From an uncultured Caulobacterales bacterium (GTDB lineage Bacteria; Pseudomonadota; Alphaproteobacteria; Caulobacterales; Maricaulaceae), in the NCBI GenBank assembly GCA_964483375.1, contig CAZABJ010000014.1, positions 1-48,501 on the forward strand: DNA of 48,501 bases, in the 5' to 3' direction. Below, one piece after another: positions 39,179-47,675 of this stretch (position 1 is the stretch's first letter; each line of letters begins with the position of its first letter). The notes beneath the pieces are model-generated. The model searched no databases and was not told the DNA's origin. It saw only the letters and a list, made by a program, of their open reading frames with translations. Made by a program: the position numbers and the translations under genes.

Positions 39179-39814
39179 GTGAACGCTCACAGAGACTTAC
39201 ACTATATGCGTCGAGCCCTTGCGCTGGCTGACGCAAAGCTGGGTCGCACCGCGCCGAACCCGGCGGTGGGCTGCGTCATCGTTGCGGCCGGAGGCGGCGC
39301 GGTCATCGGCGAGGCCGCTACGGGGGAGGGCGGGCGTCCGCATGCGGAGGAGCTGGCGCTCGCGCTGGCCGAGGGCGAGACGGCGGGCGCTGAGGTCTAT
39401 GTCACCCTTGAACCCTGTGCGGAGCGGAGTTCCGGCGCGCCATCCTGTACGGAGCGTTTGCTCGCCGCGCGTCCCGCACGGGTCATCATCGCCGCACAGG
39501 ACCCGCATCCTAAAGCGGCCGGTCGGGGGCTCGCGCGCCTGCGCGAGGCGGGCGTGAGGGTGGAGACGGGATTTTGCGCGGCCGAAGCCGAGGCGCTCAA
39601 CGCCGGTTTCTTCAGCGTGGTGAGACGCGGGCGCCCGTGGGTGGCGGCGGATGACGACCCGCGTCGTTATGATGATGCGTATCGGGCGGCTGTTGACGCG
39701 GACCACGCCGGGAATTTGCGCGCGCTCGCAGACGCGGGGGTGACCCGCGTGCATGTGCCGCCAAACGGCGCGCTTGCGCAAAAGCTAGCGGCGCTCGGAT
39801 TGCTTGATGCTTGA
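39179..39814 (+). CDS. RibD-type cytidine/deoxycytidylate deaminase-domain protein (no reductase domain)
   Basis: GTG start. 'HYMRRALALA', 'PNPAVGCVIV', 'PHAE' and 'TLEPCAERSSGAPSC' align with the E. coli RibD N-terminal deaminase 'YVTLEPCSHHGRTPPC'. The remaining C-terminal ~60 aa are unrelated to RibD. Confidence 0.65.
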   Translation: MNAHRDLHYMRRALALADAKLGRTAPNPAVGCVIVAAGGGAVIGEAATGEGGRPHAEELALALAEGETAGAEVYVTLEPCAERSSGAPSCTERLLAARPARVIIAAQDPHPKAAGRGLARLREAGVRVETGFCAAEAEALNAGFFSVVRRGRPWVAADDDPRRYDDAYRAAVDADHAGNLRALADAGVTRVHVPPNGALAQKLAALGLLDA

Positions 39815-39878
39815 GAGAAAAACGGGCGGCGCGTCATGCGCCGCCCGAAGGGTCGATCGAAGGTTGGTCGAAAGTCGG

Positions 39879-40331
39879 TTAGGCGGCGTCGTCTTGAATC
39901 AGACGGCCGGCGTCCTTGGCCTGGATTTCAATCCGCCGAGGACGCTTGGCTTCCGGCGTTTCTCGGCGCAAATCGACGGACAACAGCCCGTTTTGGAGTT
40001 TGGCGCCGGTCACGATCACATGGTCGGCCAGCTTGAAACGCCGCTCGAAAGCGCGCGAGGCGATGCCTCGGTGCAGATAGCGGCGCTCGGCTTCGTCTTC
40101 CTTCCGGCCACGGATTGTGAGCGTTCCGTCGGTCACTTCAACCGCAAGGTCCGCTTCGGCGAAGCCGGCCACGGCGAGTTCGACGCGATACGACTCCTCG
40201 CCGATATCCTCGACATTAAAAGGCGGATAGCCGGGACCGCCGTCCAGGCGGGTCGCGGCGTCGATGAGATCGGCGACGCGATCGAAGCCGATCATTGAAC
40301 GGTACAAGGGGGAAAGATCGATAGTGCGCAT
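39879..40331 (-). CDS. Small heat-shock protein, Hsp20/alpha-crystallin family
   Basis: ATG at 40331 with SD 'ggagga'. The alpha-crystallin domain 'YRVELAVAGFAEADLAVEVTDGTLTIRG...AKLQNGLLSVDL' is present. Confidence 0.88.
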   Translation of the reverse strand: MRTIDLSPLYRSMIGFDRVADLIDAATRLDGGPGYPPFNVEDIGEESYRVELAVAGFAEADLAVEVTDGTLTIRGRKEDEAERRYLHRGIASRAFERRFKLADHVIVTGAKLQNGLLSVDLRRETPEAKRPRRIEIQAKDAGRLIQDDAA

Positions 40332-40548
40332 TGACGTCACATCCTCCATACGAAGCGACATGTCGGACCGCGCGCACGAACGTCGCGGCGCGGCCTAGGG
40401 GCGTTCCGCGCTGTTCGTCCCTGTTTCAGGCGACGCGGCGCGGCGGACCCGGCTCTCCGGCGTCCTGAAACCGATGTGGGAGCGCCCTGCGACCCGTGCA
40501 AGCCCCCTAAGATTGCGGGAGAAGGCGGGCTCGTGTAGACGCCCGCGC

Positions 40549-41574
40549 ATGACCAGACGCCTTTACGCCCTGCCGTCGGCTGCGCTTGCCGCTTTGTTCT
40601 GTTTGGCCGCGTGCGGCGGTGAAAGCGAGGCTCCGCCGTCGCCGGATGACGCCGCCGCTTCAACCCTGCCTGAAGCGACAGACGACAACGGCTCCGAGCC
40701 CGGCGCGGCGCCGCCCGCGGAACCTGGCGATGTCGGCCCGCCAGAGGGATCGCTCGCTTGGGCGCTGGCGGGAGAATGGCGGCCTCCGGCTGCGCGCGCG
40801 CGCGATGAGGGGCTGGCGCCTGAGGCCGTCTTGGCGTTTCTCGGCCTCGAGCCCGGGCAGACAGTGCTTCATGCGTGGCCGGACAGTTACTATCCCGACA
40901 TTCTCAGCCCCTATCTGCACGCCAATGACGGGACCTATGTCATGGCGACCCCCGTGGCGTGGGGGGAAAACGGCGAGGCCGCCGAATGCGATGCGCGCGC
41001 CGACGACCCCTTGCTGGCGCCGTGTCCTCATGCGCGCGTCGTCTTGAATGAGGCCTCCGGAGCTTTGGCAGCGCCGGGATCGGTCGATCTCGCGCTGTCG
41101 ATTCGCTCGGTGCATGCGTGGATGGCGCTCGGCGTTGCGGAAAAGGCCATGGCCGATATTTTCGTCGCGCTGCGACCAGGCGGGGCGTTCGCGGTGATTG
41201 AGGCGCGCGCGCCTGACGGACCGCCGCAAGATCCCGGAGCCGCGTCGGGCTATGTGCAGGAAGCGTATGTGCGCCTGCTTGCCGAGGAAGCGGGCTTTGA
41301 GGCCGCGGGGGCCAGCGATTTGGGTCAAAACCTGCGCGACGACGCCGAGCATCCCTTCGGCGTCTGGACGCTGGCGCCCCACAATCGGACGTCGCCGCTA
41401 TGGGAACCCGCCGATCCCGACTTCGACCGCTCGGCCTTTGACGAAATCGGCGAACCTGACCGGATGATCCTGGTGTTCCGCAAACCTGCCGAGAGTGATG
41501 AGACCCAAGCGGAAGACGCCGACGCGGCGCCGGCGGACGACGCCTCGACCGACGACGAGACGGGGGAAGAGTGA
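40549..41574 (+). CDS. Lipoprotein with class I methyltransferase-like fold but degenerate SAM-binding motif
   Basis: Lipobox 'AALFCLAAC'. 'ALRPGGAFAVIEA', 'SGYVQEAYVRLLAEEAGFE' and the terminal 'DRMILVFRKP' resemble COG4798-type periplasmic methyltransferases. No GxGxG loop is present ('GQTVLHAWPDSYYP' in its place). Confidence 0.55.
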   Translation: MTRRLYALPSAALAALFCLAACGGESEAPPSPDDAAASTLPEATDDNGSEPGAAPPAEPGDVGPPEGSLAWALAGEWRPPAARARDEGLAPEAVLAFLGLEPGQTVLHAWPDSYYPDILSPYLHANDGTYVMATPVAWGENGEAAECDARADDPLLAPCPHARVVLNEASGALAAPGSVDLALSIRSVHAWMALGVAEKAMADIFVALRPGGAFAVIEARAPDGPPQDPGAASGYVQEAYVRLLAEEAGFEAAGASDLGQNLRDDAEHPFGVWTLAPHNRTSPLWEPADPDFDRSAFDEIGEPDRMILVFRKPAESDETQAEDADAAPADDASTDDETGEE

Positions 41575-42236
41575 GGCGCGCCGCGCTTCTCGCGCTCGTC
41601 GTGGGCTTTGTTGGGATTGCGGACGCACAGGAGGCGGCCGACCCCATCGTCGTCACCATGGCGGATCTCTTGCCGCATCTGGACAGATATCGCGCGCTCC
41701 CGCCCGAAGATCGCGACTTGTTCGCGCTCACGTATTGTGTCGACGGCGGCATGATCGACCTGGAGGCCGTGGTGTTGCGGTATCGCGCCGGCGACGAGGA
41801 GGGCGCGCTTGGCCTTGACGACCGCGGTTGCGTGGATCCGTTGCCCAGCCCTGCGCTCTACGACCGCAATCCGTTGGTGATCATCAATCAAGCGCGGGGA
41901 GAGGCGGAGATGATCGTGCATATCACGCCGCAAGCCCCCCTCGGCGAGGCGGTGGATGCGCGCCTGTTGCGCAATGCGGCGGGCCAGGCGAGCCGGGCTT
42001 TGCGGGAGCGCGCGGGGCCGTTGGCGCTTTTGCTGCCGGGTTTCGGCGGCGTGGCGTTTCAGTGGGACGGCCCTGCGCCTCTCGACGCCTTTGCGGAATT
42101 GGAGAACGGCGAGCGCGTCGATCTGCCGGCGGTCTATGACACCGTCTATTATCGGCCCGTCTTGGACCGTCGGCTCCGGGACGCTGAGACGCTGCGCTTC
42201 GGCGTCCCGCCCGCGCGTGCGAGCCTCATTCCATGA
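41571..42236 (+). CDS. Secreted hypothetical protein
   Basis: GTG start overlaps the upstream stop as GTGA. Signal peptide 'MRRAALLALVVGFVGIADA'. 221 aa. Confidence 0.55.
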   Translation: MRRAALLALVVGFVGIADAQEAADPIVVTMADLLPHLDRYRALPPEDRDLFALTYCVDGGMIDLEAVVLRYRAGDEEGALGLDDRGCVDPLPSPALYDRNPLVIINQARGEAEMIVHITPQAPLGEAVDARLLRNAAGQASRALRERAGPLALLLPGFGGVAFQWDGPAPLDAFAELENGERVDLPAVYDTVYYRPVLDRRLRDAETLRFGVPPARASLIP

Positions 42237-42541
42237 CCGACGCGCTGGAGAAAATACGCGCCCGCGCCCAGGCGGCGTTGACCGCGGAGGAGGGGTTCGA
42301 CAAGCGGGTCGCCTTGGATTTCGGCGAGGCGGGGTATGTGTTTGTGGACGGGCCCGCCGGCGTGGTGTCCGGCGAACAGGGCGAGGCGGATTGTACGGTG
42401 CGGGTCAGCTTGGACAATTTCGTCGCAATTGCGCGAGGCGCGCTCGATCCCGCCAAAGCGTTTCTCCAAGGCAAACTGAAAATCGACGGCGACATGGGGT
42501 TGGCGATCGCCTTGGCCAAACGCATGGGCGAAACCGAGTGA
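42233..42541 (+). CDS. SCP2 sterol-carrier-like domain protein
   Basis: ATGA overlap with the upstream gene. 'FLQGKLKIDGDMGLA' is the SCP2 signature. 102 aa. Confidence 0.8.
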   Translation: MTDALEKIRARAQAALTAEEGFDKRVALDFGEAGYVFVDGPAGVVSGEQGEADCTVRVSLDNFVAIARGALDPAKAFLQGKLKIDGDMGLAIALAKRMGETE

Positions 42542-42554
42542 GCGGACCGACGCC

Positions 42555-43166
42555 ATGCAGCTGACGGCAACCGCGTTGTCACATTTTTCCAGGAAAGTGC
42601 GTCTTGTATTGGACCACTATGGGCTCGATTACGACGTCGTGAACCCGGGCGATGTGGCCGACGCCGACCCCGCGGATTTCGCTGACAACCCCTTGATGAG
42701 CGTTCCGGTGCTGCGTGACGGCCCCGTATGGCTCATCGATGCCGATGCCATCGCCGCTCATGTGACGCGCCGCCATGACCCTGGCGACCGTTTCGGCGTT
42801 TTGGCGACCGACCCTGAGACGCTGGCGATCCGCGCGGTGATGAACGGCGTGATGACCAATGACGTGAAGCTCATTCTCGCCGCGCGCACCGGAACGGTTC
42901 CCCAAGACCACGCCTATTTCCGCAAAGCCGAGAAGGCGCTCCGCCAGGGGCTGGATTGGCTTGAAGCGCGGGCGGGCGCCTATGCCGCTGACGCGCCGGG
43001 CTATCAGGAGTTTCATCTCGTCGCGCTCTATGAGCATCTGGCCTATTATGAGCTGATTGACACCGCGGTTCCGCGTCTCGCCGCGCTGGTCGAGGCGATC
43101 GGCGCGCGTCCTTTGGTCAAACAGACGTCGCCCTTCGTTTTGGCGCCGAAAACGGCCGCCCCTTAA
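42555..43166 (+). CDS. Glutathione S-transferase family protein
   Basis: N-terminal thioredoxin-like 'LSHFSRKVRLVLDHYGLDY...SVPVL'. The C-terminal domain is helical. Confidence 0.7.
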   Translation: MQLTATALSHFSRKVRLVLDHYGLDYDVVNPGDVADADPADFADNPLMSVPVLRDGPVWLIDADAIAAHVTRRHDPGDRFGVLATDPETLAIRAVMNGVMTNDVKLILAARTGTVPQDHAYFRKAEKALRQGLDWLEARAGAYAADAPGYQEFHLVALYEHLAYYELIDTAVPRLAALVEAIGARPLVKQTSPFVLAPKTAAP

Positions 43167-43981
43167 GCCAAAGCGCGTTGCAGCACCGGCAGCGCTTCTT
43201 CATGAACGCGGGGGTCGCCGGCGGCGATGATGCGGCCGCCCCGCCACGCCGGCTCGCGACGTCCGGACCAATCGCTGACCCGTCCGCCCGCCGCCTCGAT
43301 GATCGGAACAAGGGCGCAGATATCGAACGGCTTCAGGCCCGCTTCGACGACCAAATCGACGCCCCCTTCCGCCAGAAGCGCATAGCCATAGGCGTCCAAG
43401 CCAAATCGCGACAGTCGCGCGGCGTCCTGCAAGAGCCGAAAGCCGCCCATTTCGGCGGGGTTGAACATGGCGAAGGGATCGGTTGCGGCCATGACCGCAT
43501 CGCTCAAACGCGCGCACGGGCGCACGGCCAAACGCCGCCGCTCGCCGCGATGCGTTCGCCAGGCTTGGTCGGCGAACCCCAGCCAACGCTCATCGGTGAA
43601 GGGTTGGTCGATGACCCCCAAGACCGGTCGACCCTCATAGGCGAGCCCGATCAGGGTCGTCCAGGTGGGCGCGCCTATGATGTAGGCGCGGGTGCCGTCG
43701 ATGGGATCGAGCAGCCATGTCCAAGGGGACCGGCCCGGTTTGTCCGGCCATTCCTCGCCTTCGACGCCGTGATCGGGATAGGTCTCCCCGATAAGCGCGC
43801 GCAAAGCCGTTTCGGCGGCGCGGTCGGCTTCGGTTACGGGATCGAACCCGTGGGCGGATTTGTTTTCAACGTCGTTCCGCGTGCGGAAGCGCGTCAGCGT
43901 GCAGGGACGCGCCGCGTCGGCGAGTGTTTCCGCAAAGCGGGCGAATTCGCGTAACGCGTCGAGCGGGACGGCGGTCGTCAT
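43163..43981 (-). CDS. Inositol monophosphatase-family protein, probable histidinol-phosphatase HisN
   Basis: IMPase motifs 'DPIDGT' and 'WDICAL'-type 'FDICALVPIIEAAGG'. The ATG at 43981 is preferred over the ORF-track GTG at 43996. Confidence 0.72.
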   Translation of the reverse strand: MTTAVPLDALREFARFAETLADAARPCTLTRFRTRNDVENKSAHGFDPVTEADRAAETALRALIGETYPDHGVEGEEWPDKPGRSPWTWLLDPIDGTRAYIIGAPTWTTLIGLAYEGRPVLGVIDQPFTDERWLGFADQAWRTHRGERRRLAVRPCARLSDAVMAATDPFAMFNPAEMGGFRLLQDAARLSRFGLDAYGYALLAEGGVDLVVEAGLKPFDICALVPIIEAAGGRVSDWSGRREPAWRGGRIIAAGDPRVHEEALPVLQRALA

Positions 43982-44008
43982 GCCGCCGTTTAGCACGAGC
44001 GTTCGGGA

Positions 44009-44377
44009 TTATTCGACGTTCAGCGACTTTGCGAGATCGAGCAGCCGACGGCGGGGACCCTCGCCCAGCCGGTAATAGGCCCGAATGAGGTCCATCGTCT
44101 CTTTCTGGGAGAAGACGTCCGGCGACAAATCGCCGTTGAGGAGGTGTTCCTCCAGGTCGTGGCCCAGACCGTCATAAAAGTATTGAACCGGCACATGCAG
44201 CGCTTCGCTGAGCTCAAAGAGCCGGCTTGCGCTGATGCGGTTCGCCCCGCATTCGTATTTCTGGATCTGCTGGAACCGAATGCCCACGGACTCCGCCAGC
44301 TGCTGTTGCGTCAAGCCCAACAAACGCCGACGCCGACGCAGGCGTTTGCCGACGTGAAGATCGATCGCGTTGGCCAT
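44009..44377 (-). CDS. XRE-family helix-turn-helix transcriptional regulator
   Basis: ATG at 44377 with SD 'aagggg'. The HTH is 'LGLTQQQLAESVGIRFQQIQKYECGANRIS'. 122 aa. Confidence 0.8.
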   Translation of the reverse strand: MANAIDLHVGKRLRRRRRLLGLTQQQLAESVGIRFQQIQKYECGANRISASRLFELSEALHVPVQYFYDGLGHDLEEHLLNGDLSPDVFSQKETMDLIRAYYRLGEGPRRRLLDLAKSLNVE

Positions 44378-44601
44378 GATCGCCCCTTCGTCATCCCGAT
44401 GCGCCCCAGCGGCGCGTCGTCGCCCCAAAGCGAGCAATCCGCGTGCCAAGGAAAGGGCTCTGAACGGCGAATCGCGGCGCAGCATAACCGCGGGGGCGTC
44501 GCTATACGCATTTAGTATGATGCGTTGCAGCAACAGAGGCGTGCACGATTCTGCCGCTCAGCATCGAGTGGGCCTGAAAATAAAGAAAAATTCTGCAGAT
44601 C

Positions 44602-44756
44602 ATGACCGCTATGCGGAATTGCGGTGCACAATCCCGCTTGCCTGATTGTGCGGCGCGGGATAGCGTCATGGATGTCGCGGCGCGTTGCGCCGCCGCCCTT
44701 CATGGGCGTTTCCTCCCTAGACAGACTGGGCCGCGCGCAAGCGCGGCCCTTTTTTT
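44602..44756 (+). ncRNA. Candidate small RNA (terminator-bounded transcript divergent from the XRE regulator)
   Basis: A strong plus-strand intrinsic terminator has no plus-strand gene upstream. The 44575-44598 tract is AT-rich ('tgaaaataaagaaaaattc'), unusual in this genome. An internal hairpin is 'gcacaatc...gattgtgc'. ORFs in this interval read through the terminator. The 5' end is unknown. Confidence 0.3.
44728..44756 (+). terminator. Rho-independent terminator
   Basis: 'gggccgcgcgcaagcgcggccc' forms a perfect 9-bp GC stem with a GCAA loop, followed by 'ttttttt'. Confidence 0.75.
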
Positions 44757-44772
44757 GCGGATCAGCGGGCGC

Positions 44773-45684
44773 TCACTCCGCCGCCTGCAGCGCACGCCCG
44801 TGGATAAGCCGCGCTATCACGACCGCTAGATCCGATCTGAGACGCAAATAGCCCGGCGTCAGCGCGACCCGTGCTTCATCCAGGTACAAACTGCGATTGA
44901 TCTCAATCTGTATGGCGTGGACGCCGCGTCGGGGCCGGCCGTAGCGCTCGGTGGAATAGCCCCCCGCATAAGGCGCGTTTCGCGCCACCCGATAGCCCAG
45001 CGCTGTCAGCTCCAATTCGATCGCATCGGCGACCCAACTGGCGCAAGACGACCCGTATCGGTCCCCTAACACCATGTCGACACGCCCGTGAGGGGCGTTC
45101 TTGTCCGCAGCGCCCGCTGAGGGCATGGAGTGGCAATCCACCAGGATTGCGCGGCCCTCACGCCGCTTCGTCTCAGTCAGGAGCGCTTCGACCGACCGAT
45201 GGTAGGGGTGATGCAGCCGGCGAACGCGTTGCTGCGCCTCAGCGAACGGAATTGGCCGATCATAGATGGATGCGCCGTCCGCCACGATGCGCGGCACCGC
45301 GCCTAGCCCGGCCGCCACCCGCGCCGTGCGGCCGTTCACCCAAGAGGGCAGCGGACCGTCGAACATGGCGGGATCCAGCTCCCACGGCTCGCGATTCGCA
45401 TCGAGATACGCGCGCGGAAACCGGGCTGAAATCAGCGGCGCGCCCAATGTCGGAGCGTCGGCGAATAATTCGTCCACAAAAGCGTCTTCTGAGGCGCGCA
45501 GCGTTAAGGGGTCCAGCGCCGTCTGCGACAGAAAGCGCGGGGAATAGGCGCGACCGCTGTGCGGGGAAGCAAAGACGTACGGTCCCGCGGCCCGAGACGG
45601 GCGCGAGATATCCACCGGTTGTTCATAAGGGTCGCCTATCGCTTGGGGGATAGAGCGCCCGAACGTCTTGATCGCGCCGTCCAT
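44773..45684 (-). CDS. N-formylglutamate amidohydrolase (HutG-like) family protein
   Basis: ATG at 45684 with SD 'gggagaagag'. 'PYVFASPHSGRAY', 'RAYLDANREPWELD' and 'ILVDCHSMPS' are characteristic of the FGase fold. Confidence 0.72.
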   Translation of the reverse strand: MDGAIKTFGRSIPQAIGDPYEQPVDISRPSRAAGPYVFASPHSGRAYSPRFLSQTALDPLTLRASEDAFVDELFADAPTLGAPLISARFPRAYLDANREPWELDPAMFDGPLPSWVNGRTARVAAGLGAVPRIVADGASIYDRPIPFAEAQQRVRRLHHPYHRSVEALLTETKRREGRAILVDCHSMPSAGAADKNAPHGRVDMVLGDRYGSSCASWVADAIELELTALGYRVARNAPYAGGYSTERYGRPRRGVHAIQIEINRSLYLDEARVALTPGYLRLRSDLAVVIARLIHGRALQAAE

Positions 45685-45818
45685 CGCGGCCACTCTTCTC
45701 CCGCACGGCGAGGGCGTCAACCAGCTCTCGCTGCAGCGCAGTTCATAGCTGGTTTACCTCTTTGTATAAGGCTCGCACGAAGGCGCGCGGCGGTGCGCCG
45801 TCACCAACGGGAACGGCG

Positions 45819-46184
45819 ATGGCGAAGATCCTCTTAGCGGAAGACGACGACTCGATGCGCGGCTTTTTGGCCAAGGCGCTGGAGCGTGCAGGTCATGATG
45901 TAATCTCCTGCGCGGACGGCGAAGAGGGCCTCGAAGCGTTGGAAGTAAACGATGCGCGTTTCGACTTGTTGTTGACCGACATCGTCATGCCGGGACTTGA
46001 TGGCATCGAACTCGCGCGGCGGGCGGCGGAAATCCATCCCGATCTCCGGATCATGTTCATTACCGGATTTGCGGCGGTGGCGCTGAATTCAAACTCGGAT
46101 ACGCCGCAAGACGCGAAGGTGCTGTCTAAACCTTTCCACCTGCGCGAGTTGGTGGATGAGGTTAACCGGATGATGGCCGCCTGA
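45819..46184 (+). CDS. cpdR: Single-domain response regulator CpdR-like
   Basis: 'MAKILLAEDDDSMR', 'LLLTDIVMPGLDG' and 'SKPFHLRELVDEV' match the Caulobacter CpdR-type receiver. The N-formylglutamate amidohydrolase-like neighbour fits the conserved context. Confidence 0.78.
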   Translation: MAKILLAEDDDSMRGFLAKALERAGHDVISCADGEEGLEALEVNDARFDLLLTDIVMPGLDGIELARRAAEIHPDLRIMFITGFAAVALNSNSDTPQDAKVLSKPFHLRELVDEVNRMMAA

Positions 46185-46216
46185 CCTGGCGCTGGTCAGA
46201 GTTTCTATACTGTCTC

Positions 46217-46657
46217 CTAGGTCACCCGGGGCACGCCGTCTTGGCGGGCGGCTTCGACGCCTCCGCATGTGACGCGCACGGCTGAATAGCGGACGCGCGC
46301 GGGCTCCTCGTAGCGGAACCCGATGGCGTAGTCGCGCGGAGGGTCATCGCCCGACCCGCTGACCGCGAGGCTCAAGACGCCGGTTGGTTCGTCGAGGGAG
46401 GTCTCCACCGTCACTGGGCCGCCTTCGCCGTCGGGCAAATTCACTCGTCCCGTAACGATGAGCGAGATTGCTTGGCCCGGTTGCCGGTTCACCCAGGCGC
46501 GCAGGTCTAGCACTTCGCACGGCGCTGAAACGGGAGCAGGCGCGGGCGTTATCGACCGCGAGGCGGGCTCGCTCGGTCCTGTTGAGGAGAGAGAGTACGC
46601 CGTCACGCCTGTGATGGCGGCGACGGCGCCCGCCGATGCATAAGCCCAAATTTTCAT
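46217..46657 (-). CDS. Small secreted hypothetical protein
   Basis: Signal peptide 'MKIWAYASAGAVAAITGVTAYS'. 146 aa with two Cys. No good SD. Confidence 0.45.
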   Translation of the reverse strand: MKIWAYASAGAVAAITGVTAYSLSSTGPSEPASRSITPAPAPVSAPCEVLDLRAWVNRQPGQAISLIVTGRVNLPDGEGGPVTVETSLDEPTGVLSLAVSGSGDDPPRDYAIGFRYEEPARVRYSAVRVTCGGVEAARQDGVPRVT

Positions 46658-46730
46658 GATGTTAGCGTATCACACATTGTCTAGGCGGACGATGAGGCTA
46701 ATCCGCCCGGCGCCTCGGCGACCCGCCTGG

Positions 46731-47597
46731 TCAAGCGGCGCGCCGCGCCTCCAACGCCGACAACGCGGCTTTTCGGCGCCGGCTGACAGGCACGCGCAGA
46801 CCGCTTGTCAGAACCACTTCGGCGAGACCGCCGGCTTGAGGTTCGATGGACCGGACCGCGCCGGCCGCCGCCCACCAGGACCGGTGGGTTTGAACGCCGG
46901 GATACCCTTCCAAGGCGGCCAGGGCGTCCTCAAAGCGCATCAGCACGAGATCGTCCCCCGCACTTGTGTAGACGCGCACATAGTGGTCTTCGGCCTTAAG
47001 CGCCAAAAGCTCCGCGCCGCGTAAGGGCGGCGGCAGGCGTTGCATCAAAAATCCAAACAGACCCTCGCCCCATTGTTCTCTTCGCTCGCGCGCCAGCGCG
47101 TTGGCGATGAATAACAGCGGGGCGATCACCCCGAGCGTCAAAGCCATCCATTCCAGGAACGCCGCGGGCCACTGCGCAAGCACGCTCCCCATGGGCCAGG
47201 CGCCGAAAAGCAGAGAAACCGATGTCAGGGTGAACAGCGACCCCAGTGCGCAAAACGGCGGCGCGATCAGCGCAGCGCGCATGAAGGTGTAGCCGCGTCG
47301 CTCCGGAATGAGCTGCGAGATCGCCAGTCGCAGCAATTGCCACAAAAGGGCGGTCAGGAGAATTTTGAGCGTCCAATACGGCATGCGCACCGCCAAGGGC
47401 AGCGCAAAGGTGCCGAACGGCCCCGTGTAGCCAAGGCCTGCGCCGAGCAGCGCGATGAACGCCGCCTCAAGCCCGAACAGCCGCCAGCTCGCCCGGGCCC
47501 GCCGCTCACGAAACCACCCCGCCGCTCGCGATGCGTAAACGGCGACCAGGCCCCGTTCGCGAATTTCCTCGGCGTTTCCGCCGCTTGGGACTGTCAC
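46731..47597 (-). CDS. Membrane-embedded LytTR-family DNA-binding protein
   Basis: The C-terminal LytTR domain is 'LLALKAEDHYVRVYTSAGDDLVLMRFEDALAALEG...HRSWW'. 4-5 hydrophobic helices lie upstream. The proposed GTG start at 47597 has the SD 'gaggagg'; the ORF-track start at 47759 would overlap the divergent gene. Confidence 0.55.
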   Translation of the reverse strand: MTVPSGGNAEEIRERGLVAVYASRAAGWFRERRARASWRLFGLEAAFIALLGAGLGYTGPFGTFALPLAVRMPYWTLKILLTALLWQLLRLAISQLIPERRGYTFMRAALIAPPFCALGSLFTLTSVSLLFGAWPMGSVLAQWPAAFLEWMALTLGVIAPLLFIANALARERREQWGEGLFGFLMQRLPPPLRGAELLALKAEDHYVRVYTSAGDDLVLMRFEDALAALEGYPGVQTHRSWWAAAGAVRSIEPQAGGLAEVVLTSGLRVPVSRRRKAALSALEARRAA

Positions 47598-47675
47598 GCG
47601 CCGCGCCTCCTCGACTAGCTGTTGTTCGGCCGTCGCCTGTCGGAACGGCCCATTCGATACCCCGGAGGACCCCAA

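Noticed and set aside
40332-40470. ROSE-type RNA thermometer in the hsp20 leader
   Set aside because: The leader is long, but I could not find the expected UCCUCC-like anti-SD segment pairing with GGAGGA or the conserved bulged G. It is left only as a possibility under the promoter finding.
46181-46199. Hairpin 'ctgacc-tggcgc-tggtcag' at the cpdR stop
   Set aside because: There is no U tract on either strand and the stem is only 6 bp. It is not convincing as a terminator.
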